Made by a program: the position numbers and the translations under genes
Notes under the pieces: model-generated
The model's database searches: none
What the model was told of the DNA's origin: nothing
What the model saw: the letters and a program-made list of their open reading frames with translations, nothing else
In this document: one piece after another, positions 17,376 to 29,886 of the stretch
How positions within the stretch are numbered: the stretch's first letter is position 1
How the letters are laid out: each line of letters starts with the position of its first letter
NCBI GenBank assembly: GCA_963767925.1
Contig: CAVYGB010000002.1
Span: 416,001-480,000 of the forward strand
Length of the DNA: 64,000 bases
Reading direction: 5' to 3'
From: an uncultured delta proteobacterium
GTDB taxonomy: Bacteria > Myxococcota_A > Polyangia > Fen-1088

Positions 17376-19346
17376 ATGTGCGGAATCGTCGGGCTGATTG
17401 ATCCAGCGCGGGTCGCGCCCTTCGGGCCGGGCGGGCCGGCGGCGGGCGAGGAGGCGGCGCCGGGCGAGGTGCGGGCGGCGCTGGCGGCCATGAGCCGGGC
17501 GGTGGCGCCGCGGGGGCCGGACAGCGCGGGGACCTGGTTCGCCCCCGGGGTGGCGCTCGGGCACCGCCGGCTGAAGGTCATCGATCTCTCGGACGCGGCC
17601 GCGCAGCCGATGGGCAACGCGGACGGATCGGTGCAGGTGGTGTTCAACGGCGAGATCTACAACTTCGCCGACCTGCGCGCCGAGCTCATCGCCCAGGGGC
17701 ATCGCTTCCGCAGCCGGTCGGACACCGAGGTCCTGGTGCACGGCTACACCCAGTGGGGCGAGGGGCTGCTCGACCGGCTGGTGGGCATGTTCGCCTTCGG
17801 GCTGTGGGACGCCCGCCGGCGGCGCTTGCTGGCCGCCCGCGATCGCATGGGGAAAAAGCCCCTGTACTTCGCCCAGGTGGTCCGCGCCGGCGCCCCGCCC
17901 CTGTTCGCCTTCGCCTCCGAGCTGAAGGGCCTGCTGCCGGTGCCCGGCTTCGAGCGCCGCCTCGACCCGGCGGCGCTGGCCCGCTATCTCACCTTCGAAT
18001 ACGTGCCCCCGCCCCGCTCGATCTTCCAGGAGGCGCGCAAGCTGGACGCCGGCGAGCGGCTGCTGCTCGACCTGGCCGGCGACGCCGGGGCGGCGCCCGA
18101 GGTGCGGCGCTACTGGGACCTGCCCCTCCCCACCGAACACGCGCCCTGGCCGGCGGCGCCGGCGGCCGAGGAGCTGACCGCCCTGCTGCGGCGGGCGGTC
18201 GAGCGGCGGCTGGTGGGGGACGTGCCGCTGGGGGCCTTCCTGTCGGGGGGCCTCGACTCGTCGGCGGTGGTGGCGATGATGGCGGAGATCGCGGGCGCCG
18301 ACCGCATCGAGACCTTCTCGCTGGGGTTTGCCGAGCCCTCCTTCGACGAGAGCGCCCACGCCCGCCTGGTAGCCCGCCACCTGGGGACCCGGCACCACGA
18401 GCTGCGGCTGGACGCCCCCACCCTGCTGGCCACCTTGCCCGAGGTGACGGCATTCCTCGACGAGCCGCTCGGCGACGCGTCCATCGTGCCGACCTTCCTG
18501 CTCGCCCGCTTCACCCGGGGGCAGGTGACGGTCGCGCTGAGCGGCGACGGGGGCGACGAGCTGTTCGCCGGCTATCCGACCTTCGCCGCGGATCGCGCGG
18601 GGGGCCTGTACTTCGACCGGCTGCCGGCCCGCGCCCGGGCGCTGGTGGCGGCGGCGGCGGGGCGGCTGCGCGCGCGCAGCGGGTACTTCAGCCTGGACTT
18701 CAAGGTGAACCAGTTCCTGCGTGGCGGGAGCGAGCCGGGCGCCCACCGGCACCAGCGCTGGCTGGCCTCCTTCCTGCCCGAGGAGCTCGACGACCTGCTG
18801 GCGCCCGGGGCGACCGCCGCGCTCGCCGCCGACCGCGACCCCCTGGCCGATCTCGACCGCCTGGCGGGGGCCCGGGCCGGGTGGCACCCGCAGGATCGCC
18901 TGCTCGAGCTCTACGCCCGGTTTTATCTCGCCAACGACGTCAACGTGAAGGTGGACCGGGCGGCGGGGGCGGTCGGGCTGGAGGTGCGGGCGCCGCTGCA
19001 GGACACCGACCTCGTCACCTTCGCCTGCCAGCTCCCGCCCGCCCTGCGGCTGCGCGGCCTCACCCCGAAGTACATCCTCAAGCGGGCCATGCGCGGCCGC
19101 CTGCCGGAGTCGGTGCTGGCTCGGCGCAAGCAGGGGTTCGCGGTGCCGGTGGCCCGCTGGCTGCGCGAGGAGCTGCGCGAGCCGCTGCTCGACGAGCTGG
19201 CGCCGGCGAAGCTCCGGCGCGAGGGGCTGTTCCAGCCGGCCGCGGTTGCCCGGCTGATCGACGACCACCTGTCGGGGCGGCGCGATCGGCGCAAGCAGCT
19301 CTGGACGCTGTTCCAGTTCGAGCGCTGGCTGGCCGCCTGGGGCTGA
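17376..19346 (+). CDS. asnB: Asparagine synthase (glutamine-hydrolysing) family amidotransferase
   Basis: MCGIVG, RGPD, FNGEIYN, FLSGGLDSS, SGDGGDELFAGY, RKQGF. Confidence 0.95.
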   Translation: MCGIVGLIDPARVAPFGPGGPAAGEEAAPGEVRAALAAMSRAVAPRGPDSAGTWFAPGVALGHRRLKVIDLSDAAAQPMGNADGSVQVVFNGEIYNFADLRAELIAQGHRFRSRSDTEVLVHGYTQWGEGLLDRLVGMFAFGLWDARRRRLLAARDRMGKKPLYFAQVVRAGAPPLFAFASELKGLLPVPGFERRLDPAALARYLTFEYVPPPRSIFQEARKLDAGERLLLDLAGDAGAAPEVRRYWDLPLPTEHAPWPAAPAAEELTALLRRAVERRLVGDVPLGAFLSGGLDSSAVVAMMAEIAGADRIETFSLGFAEPSFDESAHARLVARHLGTRHHELRLDAPTLLATLPEVTAFLDEPLGDASIVPTFLLARFTRGQVTVALSGDGGDELFAGYPTFAADRAGGLYFDRLPARARALVAAAAGRLRARSGYFSLDFKVNQFLRGGSEPGAHRHQRWLASFLPEELDDLLAPGATAALAADRDPLADLDRLAGARAGWHPQDRLLELYARFYLANDVNVKVDRAAGAVGLEVRAPLQDTDLVTFACQLPPALRLRGLTPKYILKRAMRGRLPESVLARRKQGFAVPVARWLREELREPLLDELAPAKLRREGLFQPAAVARLIDDHLSGRRDRRKQLWTLFQFERWLAAWG

Positions 19347-19361
19347 CCGCGCGGGTCCCGC

Positions 19362-20153
19362 TCAGCGCGGATCGACCTTCGGCAGGTCGGTGAGGGTTGT
19401 CGGGGAGCGGGGGGGCGCCGGGCGCTCGGCCTGGGCAGGGGACGGCGGGCCGACATCGACGGTGGATGTGGGCAGGGCCGCGGCGGCCTCGGCGGCGACG
19501 GCCCCGGCGGCTGCCGCCAGGGGGGCGGTCTTGGTGAGCAGCTCGCGCCGGCGCGCGCGGCGGTAGCGGGCCAGCTTGAAGAGGACGAACCCGGCCCCGA
19601 CGATGGCGATGACCAGGATGCCGTATTCGGAGCGGCGGGCCCAGCGGACCACCCGGTCGATGTGCTCCCCGAAGATCCAGGCCAGATAGACCAGGAAGGG
19701 GACCGACAGCAGGGCCGCCATGCTGTTGTAGACCAGGAACACGGCCGGGCGGACGTGCAAGGTGCCGGCGGAGAAGAAGATCGAGAAGCGCAGGCCGGGC
19801 AGAAAGCGGCCCACGAAGATCACCTTGCTGCCGTACTTGCGAAAATAGGCCCGCACGCGCAGCTGTTTGCGGGCGCTGAACAGCCGCTGGAACGGCCCCC
19901 AGCCCAGGATGCGGCGGCCGAAATAGCGCCCGAGAAAAAACGCCGCGCAGTCACCACCGAGCACGGCGCCGAGGCAGACCAGGAACACGGTGTGGACGTT
20001 GACCACCCCGAGGTGGGCCATGTAGCCCCCCGAGATGAGCGAGATGTCCTCCGGAATGGGCAGCCCGAGGCCGCACAGGAGCAGAATTCCCGCCAGGGTC
20101 AGGTGAACCGACGTCGGCTCGAGCCTCAGGAGATGATCGAGCAGCCATTCCAT
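19362..20153 (-). CDS. DedA family membrane protein
   Basis: GLGLPIPEDI, GAVLGGD, GRFLPGLR. Confidence 0.92.
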   Translation of the reverse strand: MEWLLDHLLRLEPTSVHLTLAGILLLCGLGLPIPEDISLISGGYMAHLGVVNVHTVFLVCLGAVLGGDCAAFFLGRYFGRRILGWGPFQRLFSARKQLRVRAYFRKYGSKVIFVGRFLPGLRFSIFFSAGTLHVRPAVFLVYNSMAALLSVPFLVYLAWIFGEHIDRVVRWARRSEYGILVIAIVGAGFVLFKLARYRRARRRELLTKTAPLAAAAGAVAAEAAAALPTSTVDVGPPSPAQAERPAPPRSPTTLTDLPKVDPR

Positions 20154-20265
20154 GGGCGAAAGCCCGTCCGCGGACGCTTCAAGCTCCCTCCCCATAGCAT
20201 GAACCCCGTCGAGGGACCCGGACGGAAGCGCAGCGATGAGAAAGCGTGGCCTGCCCGATTCTGCG

Positions 20266-20295
20266 TTGACACATCCCTGCGTAGTCTCATAGGTT
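20266..20295 (+). promoter_or_regulatory. Sigma70-like promoter upstream of the pal-like gene
   Basis: TTGACA-N18-TAGGTT, 25 nt before ATG 20321. Confidence 0.45.
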
Positions 20296-20320
20296 TTGCG
20301 TCGTGGGCGAGGTCCGTTCG

Positions 20321-21091
20321 ATGTACACCAGGATAAAGTCTCCTGTCTTCGGCGTTCTGCTGGTCGGCCTGGGCATCGGCGTGGTTGTGGGTGTTTCGAG
20401 CTGCAAACCCGACTACCCCGCGTGTGAGTCCGACGGGGACTGCAAGCCCAGGGAGTTCTGTGTAAACCGTAGGTGCCAGCAGTGCCGGGACAACCGGGAC
20501 TGCCCCCCGGGTAGCTCCTGCGCGGCGGGCCGCTGCGCCCCCGTGGCCGGCTATTGCCAGGACAAGAGCCAGTGCCCCCCCGGGCAAGAGTGCATCGCGA
20601 ACCGCTGTCGGCCCTGCGTCGCCGACGGCGAGTGCCCCTCGGGCATGAAGTGCCTGCAGGGCGCTTGCCGCAAGCCCCAGTGCACCACCGACGATCAGTG
20701 CGCCCAGGACCAGGAGTGCCAGAACGGCTTCTGCGTGAGCGCGCGGCCCAACGCGGTCGCGGCCGCGCCCTGCCAGCTCGAGAGCGTGTACTTCGACTTC
20801 GACCGGGCCACGTTGACCAACGAGGCCACCACCGCGCTGGGCAACAACGCGGGCTGCCTCAAGCGGAGCGATCGCCCCGTGAACCTGGTGGGACGCGCCG
20901 ATTCGCGCGGCACGCCGGAGTACAACATGGCGCTGTCCGACCGGCGGTCGCAGGCGGTCAAGGACTACCTGCAGCGGCTGGGGCTCCCCACCAACCGCCT
21001 CATCCCCGTGCCGCGTGGTGAGCTCGACGCCGCCGGAGGCGACGAGGCCGGGTGGGCCCGCGACCGGCGGGTCGACTCGGAATGGCAGTGA
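20321..21091 (+). CDS. Pal-like OmpA-domain lipoprotein with Cys-rich N-terminal repeats
   Basis: Lipobox VSSC, C-x4-C-x5-C-x4-C-type repeats, VYFDFDRA, GRADSRGTPEYNMALSDRR, WARDRRV. Confidence 0.88.
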   Translation: MYTRIKSPVFGVLLVGLGIGVVVGVSSCKPDYPACESDGDCKPREFCVNRRCQQCRDNRDCPPGSSCAAGRCAPVAGYCQDKSQCPPGQECIANRCRPCVADGECPSGMKCLQGACRKPQCTTDDQCAQDQECQNGFCVSARPNAVAAAPCQLESVYFDFDRATLTNEATTALGNNAGCLKRSDRPVNLVGRADSRGTPEYNMALSDRRSQAVKDYLQRLGLPTNRLIPVPRGELDAAGGDEAGWARDRRVDSEWQ

Positions 21092-21895
21092 GGCCACCGG
21101 TGGCCCGCCGCTGGGCGCTCGTGGGCCTCGTGCTGGCCACGGGCTGCGTCACGACCGGCGAGGGCGACATGATGCGCAAGGACATCACGCTCCTGCGCCA
21201 GCGGCTCGAGCACATGGAGCGGCGGGGGTCGGAGGCCGAGGAGCAGATGACCCGGCTGCGCACCATCCTCGACGAGGCCACCGCGCTGCTGGCGCGCAAC
21301 AACGCCGACGTGGGGGCCCGGGTGCAGAAGACCGAGATGGACCTCGGCGCCATCTCCGGCAAGCTGGAGGAGGCCAAACACCTGCATCGAGCAGGTCCAG
21401 AAGAAGCAGGTCGAGGACACCGGCCGGCTGACCGCGCTCGAGCAGGGGCAGCAGAAGATCGTCGACCGGGTGGCCCCGGCCATGGCCGAGGACCCCGCGA
21501 CGCTGTGGAAGCAGGCGCAGGAGCGGATGGCGGGGGGCATGCGCGAGGACAGCCGGCGGTTCTTCCGCGGCTTCATCCAGCGCTTCCCCCAGGACCCGCG
21601 GGCGCCGCAGGCTTATCTGGAGATCGGGCGCTCCTACGCGCTCGAGGGGAAACACACCCAGGCGGCGGCGGAGTACCAGCGCGTGCTGGACGCCTTCCCG
21701 AAGTCGCCCGAGGTCCCCGAGGCGATGTGGCTGATCGGCCAGTCTTTCGTCGACCTGAAGTTCTGCACCGACGCCCGGGCCTTCCTGCAGGATCTCGTGC
21801 GCCGCTACCCGCGCTCGCCCCGGATCAACGAGGCGAAGACCCGCCTGCGCGACCTGCAGAAGCTGATCAAAGACAAGCGCGTCTGCGCCAGCTAG
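21088..21895 (+). CDS. cpoB: Tol-Pal system protein CpoB/YbgF-like (coiled coil + TPR); +1 frameshift near 21385
   Basis: GTGA overlap with the pal-like gene, lipobox ATGC, coiled coil, TPRs (FIQRFPQDPRAPQAY, FPKSPEVPEAM, LVRRYPRS). Confidence 0.75.
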
Positions 21896-22036
21896 CCGGG
21901 CCCGAGCCCAGCGAGGGGACCCGGCTATTTTCTACGGCGTTGTCCTGGCCAAGCCGGCCAGGCGCGCGCCGGACGGTTCGAGCGCGCCAAGCCGGTGGGC
22001 GGACGTTCGCGCCGGCCCGGAGTAGGATGTCGGCCA

Positions 22037-23493
22037 TGCGAAGCGACCGCGACAGCTTGCCAGGGGGGTGGGCGGCGCGCAGGCGCCGGCAGGCGGCACG
22101 CAGCGATCGCCCGGGACGCGGCTGGCGGCCGGCGGGCGCGGCGACCAGAGCGGCGCTTTTCCTGATTGCGGGCCTGTCCGGGGCGTGCGCGACTACCCGG
22201 GCGGTGCAGACCGGGCAGACCGAGCAAGCGGAGGATACCCGCCACCCCAACGACCTCGCCATCGGCGATCCGGGCCGGCGGGACAACGTGCTGACGGTGC
22301 CGGCGGGGGCCCTGCTCGACACGCGGCGGGGCGATCGGGTCAGCGCCGACGAGATGGCGGCGCGCCTCGATGACGTGCGCCTGGTGTTCGTCGGGGAGAC
22401 CCACGCCAACCCGGCGGCGCAGGAGACGGAGCTGCGGGTGCTCGAGGCCCTGGCCCGGCGGGGGCGCAAGGTGCTGGTGGGGCTGGAGATGTTGCCCGCC
22501 TCGGTGCAGCCGGCCCTCGATCGCTGGGTCGCCGGCGACGGGAGCGAGGACGACCTGCTGCGTGGGATCCACTGGTACAAGCACTGGGGCTTCCACTTCG
22601 GCTACTACCGGCCCATCTTCCAGTTCGCCCGCGACAACAAGGCCCCCATGGTCGGGGTCAACGTCGAGCGCGAGGTGATCACCAACGTCCGCAAGATCGG
22701 CCTCGACAAGCTGGCGCCCGAGGACCGGGCCAAGCTGCCGCCGCGGCTCGATCTCGACAACGCCGAGCACCGCGCGCTGTTCACGGCTTACATGGGCGGG
22801 GCCCACGAGATGCCGCCCGACATGCTCGAGGGGATGTTCCGGGCCCAGTGCGCCTGGGACGGGGTGATGGGCTGGAACGCGGTGCGGGCGCTGCAGGCCG
22901 AGCCGGATCCCCGGGCGGTCATGGTGGTGCTGATCGGGGTGGGCCACGTGGCCTACGGCCTGGGGGCGCAGCGGCAGGCCGACCTGTGGGGCAACTTCAA
23001 GGCGGCGTCGGTGGCCTCGGTGGCCGAGGCCGACGAGGACGGCGCGGCCCGGACCGTGCGCGGCTCGTTCGCCGACTTCATCTGGGGGGCGCCGGCGCCC
23101 GACAAGGCGCCCGTCTACCCGACGCTGGGCGCGTCGCTGACCGACAAGCCGGGCGCGACCGGCCCGGCCATCTCGGGGATCCGACCGGGCTCGCCGGCGG
23201 CCAAGGCCGGCCTGGCAGCGGGGGACATGGTGACGGCGATCGACGGGGTGGCCACGCCCGACAAGGAGGCGACCCTGTTCGAGATGGCCCGCAAGGGCTG
23301 GGGCGACACGGTGGCGGTCGAGGTGGTGCGCAAGGAGGGCAAGAAGACCCTCTCCGCCCTGCTCGAGCGAGCGCCCGCCCCGGCCGTGACGCCGGCCCCC
23401 ACCTCGCCGGCGCCGGCTCCGGGCGAGGCGAAGCCCCCTGACACCGCGCCCCCGACCGGAGCCAAGCCGCCCACCGCGCCCCACGGCAAGTGA
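22037..23493 (+). CDS. ChaN-family lipoprotein with C-terminal PDZ domain (start uncertain)
   Basis: LSGAC lipobox, VFVGETH, VGLEML, YRPIFQFARD, AQCAWD, GHV; PDZ GSPAAKAGLAAGDMVTAIDG. Confidence 0.85.
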
Positions 23494-23594
23494 GCCCGGC
23501 GCGGCGCGGGCGGCGGTCCTGCGCTGCGTTTGCTGCCGGAGGCGGCTGGTGGAACCGGTTCCACTGGGAGGGGGGTCGGTGGTAGGAGTCGCTC

Positions 23595-24671
23595 ATGCGA
23601 AGTTTGCTGGCGGCCCTGGGTTGTCTTGCCGTGGCGCTGGGCGGTGTGGGGGGAGCGCGGGCGGCTGACCCGCCGCTGCCCACGGGGAACGTCAAGGACT
23701 TCAAGGTGCGGGCGGCCCTGCACTCGATCGGGTACGCGGGCATCTGGCGCGGGCAGGCGCGGCTCTCGGTCGACGACTTCCTCAAGAAGGCCAAGCACCT
23801 CGGCTACGAGGGCGTGGCCCTCATGGCCAAGCGGCCCCACGTCTCGCCCTACGACTACGACGACAAGGCCCGCAAGGCCCTGCGCGCCCGGATGGACGAG
23901 CTGGGGCTCAAGCTGGCCTTCCTCGCGGGGTACACCGACTTCACCGCCGGCATCGACAAGCCCGGCATCCCCCACCTCGAGATCCAGGCGCTCTACGTGG
24001 GCGAGGTGGCCCGCCTGGCGCGCGACCTCGGCACCCCGATGGTGCGCATCTTCACCGGCTACGAGCGCCCGGGGATCCCCTACGACAAGCAATACGAGCT
24101 TGTAGCCGAGGGGTTGAAGATGGCCGGGCGGGAGGCGGCCAAATACGGCATCACGCTGGCGGTGCAGAACCACCACGACATCGCCATCCACCACGACGCC
24201 ATGAGCTGGCTGATCAGGGAGGTGGGCCTGCCCAACGTCAAGGTGGGCTGGGACGCCTGGTCGCCCCAGCTCGAGGGCCTCTCCGCCGCGGAGATCCGCC
24301 GCTCGGTGCTGAGCATGAAGCCCTGGCTGATCAACACCATCGCCGCCGACTACGTGCGCCTGCCCCGCTACACCTACCAGAACGAGCTCACCAACTACCG
24401 GGCCCAGGAGAGCCTCATGCGGGCGGTGCCGATGGGCAAGGGCATCGTCGACTACAAGACCTTCATCGGCGCCCTGCGGGACATCGGCTACCAGGGCTTC
24501 ATCACCTACGAGATGTGCGAGGTGCTCGACGGCGGCGGGTCGATCGAGAACCTCGACCGCACCGCCCGGGGCTTCCTCGACTACGTCAAGCAGTTCGACC
24601 CACGTCAGCGAAAGAACGCGACGTGGACGTTGAACGAGGCGGCGCCGCCGGTGCCGCCCGGGTCGAGGTAA
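23595..24671 (+). CDS. Secreted sugar-phosphate isomerase/epimerase (xylose isomerase-like TIM barrel)
   Basis: Signal peptide; LGYEGV, LAVQNHHD, VGWDAW, MGKGIVDY, GYQGFITYEMC. Confidence 0.85.
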   Translation: MRSLLAALGCLAVALGGVGGARAADPPLPTGNVKDFKVRAALHSIGYAGIWRGQARLSVDDFLKKAKHLGYEGVALMAKRPHVSPYDYDDKARKALRARMDELGLKLAFLAGYTDFTAGIDKPGIPHLEIQALYVGEVARLARDLGTPMVRIFTGYERPGIPYDKQYELVAEGLKMAGREAAKYGITLAVQNHHDIAIHHDAMSWLIREVGLPNVKVGWDAWSPQLEGLSAAEIRRSVLSMKPWLINTIAADYVRLPRYTYQNELTNYRAQESLMRAVPMGKGIVDYKTFIGALRDIGYQGFITYEMCEVLDGGGSIENLDRTARGFLDYVKQFDPRQRKNATWTLNEAAPPVPPGSR

Positions 24672-26473
24672 TAGAAGGTCGCGGCGGCGCGGCCCTCGGC
24701 CGCCACCGCGACCTCGGGGTGGTAGGCCTGCAGGCCGTCGACGGTGCCGAGCACCACCTCCGCCTGCCAGCCCACCGCCGCGACCGAATAGCGGCGCACG
24801 ATCACGCTGGCGGTGTCGGCCGTGGCGCTGACCTTGCGCCGCCAGACCGCGTGGACGTTGCCGGCGGCGTCGAGGCCCAGCCGGGGGATGGGGTCCTCGG
24901 TGGTCAGGCCGCTGGCCTGGTTGCTGGTCTCCAGGGCCTGGGCGCCGGTCCAGCCGGTCTGGGGGTGATAGCGGGTGTGCACGACGTTCCAGCGGTAACC
25001 TACGATGGGCTGGGTGAAGGCCACGGTGGCCTGGCCAGTGGCATCGATGACCACCGCCGGGGCGCTGACCCAGTCGGCGGTCAGGACGCGCTGGGGACCC
25101 CGCCAGCCGCTGCCGCTGGCCGGCGTCCACGCGTTGTAATAGAGGTCGGCGGTGTTGTCCCCGCGCTGCTGCCAGACCGCCATGCCCCGGCTGCCGTCGG
25201 CGGCGATGGCGACGTCGACCTCACCGGCGGCGTCGCCGTAGCTGTCGAGCGGGGCGGGGGTGCCCACGGCGCCGGCGGTGAGCTCGGCGGCCCAGATGCT
25301 GTCCTCGCCGTCGTCGTCGTCCTGCACCCAGGCCAGCAGGCCGGCGCCCCCCTCGGACATCGCCACCCGGGGGTAGCGCTCGTCGGCGTCGGAGCCGGGC
25401 TTCACCTCGGCCACGTCCGAGAAGGTCGTGGTGGCGGGATTGAGGTGGGCCGACCAGAGGCTGTTGATGTTCTCGCTCGACTCCTGCCAGGCCACCCGGG
25501 CGGCGCCGTCGGCCGCCACCGCCAGCGCCAGCTCGTGGTAGACGGGGCCGGCGTGCACGAGCACCGGCTCGGACCAGGTGGCGCCCGCGTCGGCCGAGTG
25601 GCGGGCCCACAGGCCCTGCAGGCCGGGGTCCACCTCGGAGGTGCGCATGTACCACACGATGACGGCGCGGCCGCCGGCCGACATCGCCACCTGCACGGCG
25701 TCGGTGGTGCCGCGCGACTCGATGGTCTGCACGGCGCCCCAGGCGCGGGTGGCGCCGTCCTGGCGGCGGAGCTTGACGCCCACCCCTTCGCGCCAGGCGA
25801 CGATCACGTTGCCCCGGCCGTCGATGGCGACGTCGGGGGTGTACGAGCCCGCCAGCGGGTCCTGCTCGATGTCGGCGCCGGGGGTCCAGGTCCGGTTCTC
25901 GACGACGGGCGCGTCGCCGGGGCTGTCGACCGGCAGGTCGGGGCTGCCGCCGTCGGGCACGGGGCCGTCGGTGGGCGGGGCGCCGTCGGATCCGCCGGGG
26001 CCGTCGGCGCCCGCATCCGGGCGGTCGCCGCCGGCGTCGCCGCTGCCCCCGTCGCCGCCGGGCACCTCGGGCGCCAGCAGGAGCTGCACCAGCAAGGCCC
26101 GCTCGCCCTCGCCCACCGTGAGGGTGATCCGGCTGGCCGAGGCGATGGCCACCCCGGCGGCGTTGTAGCCGCGGGCGCCCACCGAGACCGATCCGGAGTA
26201 GCCGTCGGGCAGGTAGACGCCCACCTGCAGGGGGGTGCCGGCGGCGGCGGTCCAGTCGAAGCGCTGCCGCCGCACCTCGCGCTCGGTGTTGCCCACCACC
26301 TCGGCCACCGACACGTCGACCGTTCGCAGGCCTGCCACCGACCCGGGGGCGATGTCGACCGGGATCAAGGCGCGGGCGCCGGAGCCCCCGCAGCCAGCCA
26401 GGGCCACGACAAGGGCGACGCCCAGAGCGACGGCGGCCGGCCCGCCGGCGCGCACGGTAGCTGCGCCGGTCAC
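24605..26473 (-). CDS. Lipoprotein with about 8 beta-propeller-like repeats
   Basis: LAGC lipobox, Gly/Asp/Pro linker, eight P-x-V-A-x-x-x-x-G-x-x-x-x-x-W-type repeats; GTG start overlaps upstream stop. Confidence 0.8.
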   Translation of the reverse strand: MTGAATVRAGGPAAVALGVALVVALAGCGGSGARALIPVDIAPGSVAGLRTVDVSVAEVVGNTEREVRRQRFDWTAAAGTPLQVGVYLPDGYSGSVSVGARGYNAAGVAIASASRITLTVGEGERALLVQLLLAPEVPGGDGGSGDAGGDRPDAGADGPGGSDGAPPTDGPVPDGGSPDLPVDSPGDAPVVENRTWTPGADIEQDPLAGSYTPDVAIDGRGNVIVAWREGVGVKLRRQDGATRAWGAVQTIESRGTTDAVQVAMSAGGRAVIVWYMRTSEVDPGLQGLWARHSADAGATWSEPVLVHAGPVYHELALAVAADGAARVAWQESSENINSLWSAHLNPATTTFSDVAEVKPGSDADERYPRVAMSEGGAGLLAWVQDDDDGEDSIWAAELTAGAVGTPAPLDSYGDAAGEVDVAIAADGSRGMAVWQQRGDNTADLYYNAWTPASGSGWRGPQRVLTADWVSAPAVVIDATGQATVAFTQPIVGYRWNVVHTRYHPQTGWTGAQALETSNQASGLTTEDPIPRLGLDAAGNVHAVWRRKVSATADTASVIVRRYSVAAVGWQAEVVLGTVDGLQAYHPEVAVAAEGRAAATFYYLDPGGTGGAASFNVHVAFFR

Positions 26474-27110
26474 TGGCATTGCCGCCCCGGATCGCAGGCG
26501 GGCATGTCGGGGCCGCCGGCGGCGAACGCCAGCGCGACGCCGCCGAGCACGGCGACGCCCACCGCCGTCCAGAACCACCAGCGCCGGTAGATCGGCGGGC
26601 GCCGGGGGTCGGGCGGGGGCGCGGTGATCTGCAAGTTGACCGGAGCGGGGGCCGGGTCGACCGCGGCGGGCAAGGGAGGTGGCGCCGGCTCGGGCTCGGC
26701 CGCAGCAGCGGCCACGGCCGCCGCGCGGCTGTCGCGGAGCTGCTCCATCTCCTGGATGTAGCCCTGGATCTCCTCGCGCTCGTCGCGGTCGGCGTTGCGA
26801 GCCTTGCGCAGGTACTCCTTGAACGACCGGATGGCCTTCTCCGGCTCATCCAGGTTCTGGTAGCAGCGCCCGATGTTGCGCAGGTAGTTGGGGTGGAGCT
26901 TCTCGGCGTAGAGCTTCACGTACAGGTCGAGCGCGTCCTGGTAGCGGCCGGCGGCGTAGGCCTCCCGGGCCCGCATCTCGCGCCGGTCCTTCACCGGCGC
27001 GGCCTCCGCCAGGTTGGGCGCGACGATCGCCCCGGCGACGGCGCCGACCCCGCCCGCGAGCCACAGCAGCACCCCAATCGCCGCCCAGCGCCGATGCGCC
27101 CGCAGCTCCC

Positions 27111-27114
<4 letters not shown>
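26470..27114 (-). CDS. TPR protein with signal peptide and C-terminal membrane anchor
   Basis: [45 protein letters not shown] overlaps at both ends. Confidence 0.85.
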
Positions 27115-28603
<1,489 letters not shown>

Positions 28604-28769
28604 TATCTCTCGAAACGCCTCGCCAGGTCCTCTCCCGAATCGCAGTTTCCTCGACGGACGGGCGTTCCCCTGGCCCCACCTCTCGCACCTTCACCGATTT
28701 CGGCCCCGCTGACCTCGATAGCCATACAGCGCGCCCACCTTTCCGGTCGCCGCGCGCTATGCTCGGCCG

Positions 28770-29558
28770 GTGCGCACGAGGGAATCTGGATCCGCGAGCC
28801 CCCCGGGGGAAGGCGCCGGCGACGACGCCGAGCGCGAGGAGCACAGCGCCGCGGTGGAGCGCTGGCGGCGGGCGCGCACCGCGCGGCTGGTGGCGCCGGC
28901 CGGCTGGCTGACCCTCGTCGATCGCCTGCTCCTGTCCGAAGGGGACAACGACACGCCCATCGGGCGGGTCCGGGTGGCCGAGGGCCGGGCCTGGCTGCGC
29001 GCGCGCAGCGACCTGCCGGTCAGCATCGACGGGGTGCCGCTGACCGGCGAGCGCGAGCTGCACACCGAGGACGGGGGCGGCCTGACGCCGGTGCTGGCGG
29101 CGGGGATGATCTACGAGCTGGCGCGCATCGAGGGCCAGCTCTCGCTGCGGGTCAAAGATCCCGACTCGGCCGCGCGCCTCGCCTTCCAGGGGCTGAGCTA
29201 CTACCCCGCCGACCCGTCCTGGCGCCTGCAAGCACGCTTCGAGGTGCCGGCGCCGGGCGGGCCAGGGATCGCCCACTTCTCGATCGGCGGGCGGCCCCTG
29301 TCGCTGTCGACCGAGCGGCCAGCGGCCGCGCGCCTGGTCTTCGTCTTCGCCGACGAGACCAACCGCACCGACACCTACCCCGGGGGCCGCTTCCTGTACG
29401 CCGACCCGCCCGCGGGGGGACAAGCGGTGATCGACTTCAACTACGCCTTCAACCCCCCGTGTGCGTTCACCGCCCACGCCATCTGCCCGGCGGTGCCGCC
29501 GGGGAATCGCCTCCCGATCGCGGTGACAGCGGGCGAGCGGCGCTACGAAGCGGGCTGA
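28770..29558 (+). CDS. DUF1684 domain protein (start uncertain)
   Basis: GWLTLV, FADETNRTDTYPGGRFL, IDFNYAFNPPCAF...CP..PPGNRL...AGE. Confidence 0.9.
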   Translation: MRTRESGSASPPGEGAGDDAEREEHSAAVERWRRARTARLVAPAGWLTLVDRLLLSEGDNDTPIGRVRVAEGRAWLRARSDLPVSIDGVPLTGERELHTEDGGGLTPVLAAGMIYELARIEGQLSLRVKDPDSAARLAFQGLSYYPADPSWRLQARFEVPAPGGPGIAHFSIGGRPLSLSTERPAAARLVFVFADETNRTDTYPGGRFLYADPPAGGQAVIDFNYAFNPPCAFTAHAICPAVPPGNRLPIAVTAGERRYEAG

Positions 29559-29644
29559 GGGGCCTCAGCGACTGAGCGACCAGCCCCCTGCTATGGAAAT
29601 GGCGTAACCGCTCGAGATCACTGATCTCACCATTTCCGTCAGTG

Positions 29645-29886
29645 GGGGTGAGGCCGTCTCCGGCGTCACGAAGACTCTCCCCGCTGCCGCGGGGCGAGGG
29701 CGAACGGACAGCGGAACGCGAAGGTCTCGCCCAGATCCGCCGCAGCTCCCCGCTCGAGGTGATCATCGGGCACCTTGCCGTTCCTTCGCCAGAATCCGAC
29801 GTGGATCACCCTCGTGATGATGACCCGGGCACCCAGCTGATTGTTCGCCCTCGCCCCGCGGCAGTGGGGAGGGGTGAGGGGTCCGG
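29645..29886. repeat. Inverted pair of REP-like hairpin elements (REPIN/BIME-like)
   Basis: CTCTCCCCGCTGCCGCGGGGCGAGGGCGAACGG at 29675-29707 and its reverse-complement version at 29843-29886, about 135 bp apart. Confidence 0.8.

Noticed and set aside
17376..19346. Lasso peptide cyclase or RiPP cluster around the AsnB-like gene
   Set aside because: The glutaminase domain is intact (MCGI) and no precursor, B protein or transporter genes are adjacent.
21052..23493. 813-aa CpoB-ChaN fusion
   Set aside because: It arises from the +1 frameshift near 21385; cpoB ends at 21895 and the ChaN protein has its own lipobox.
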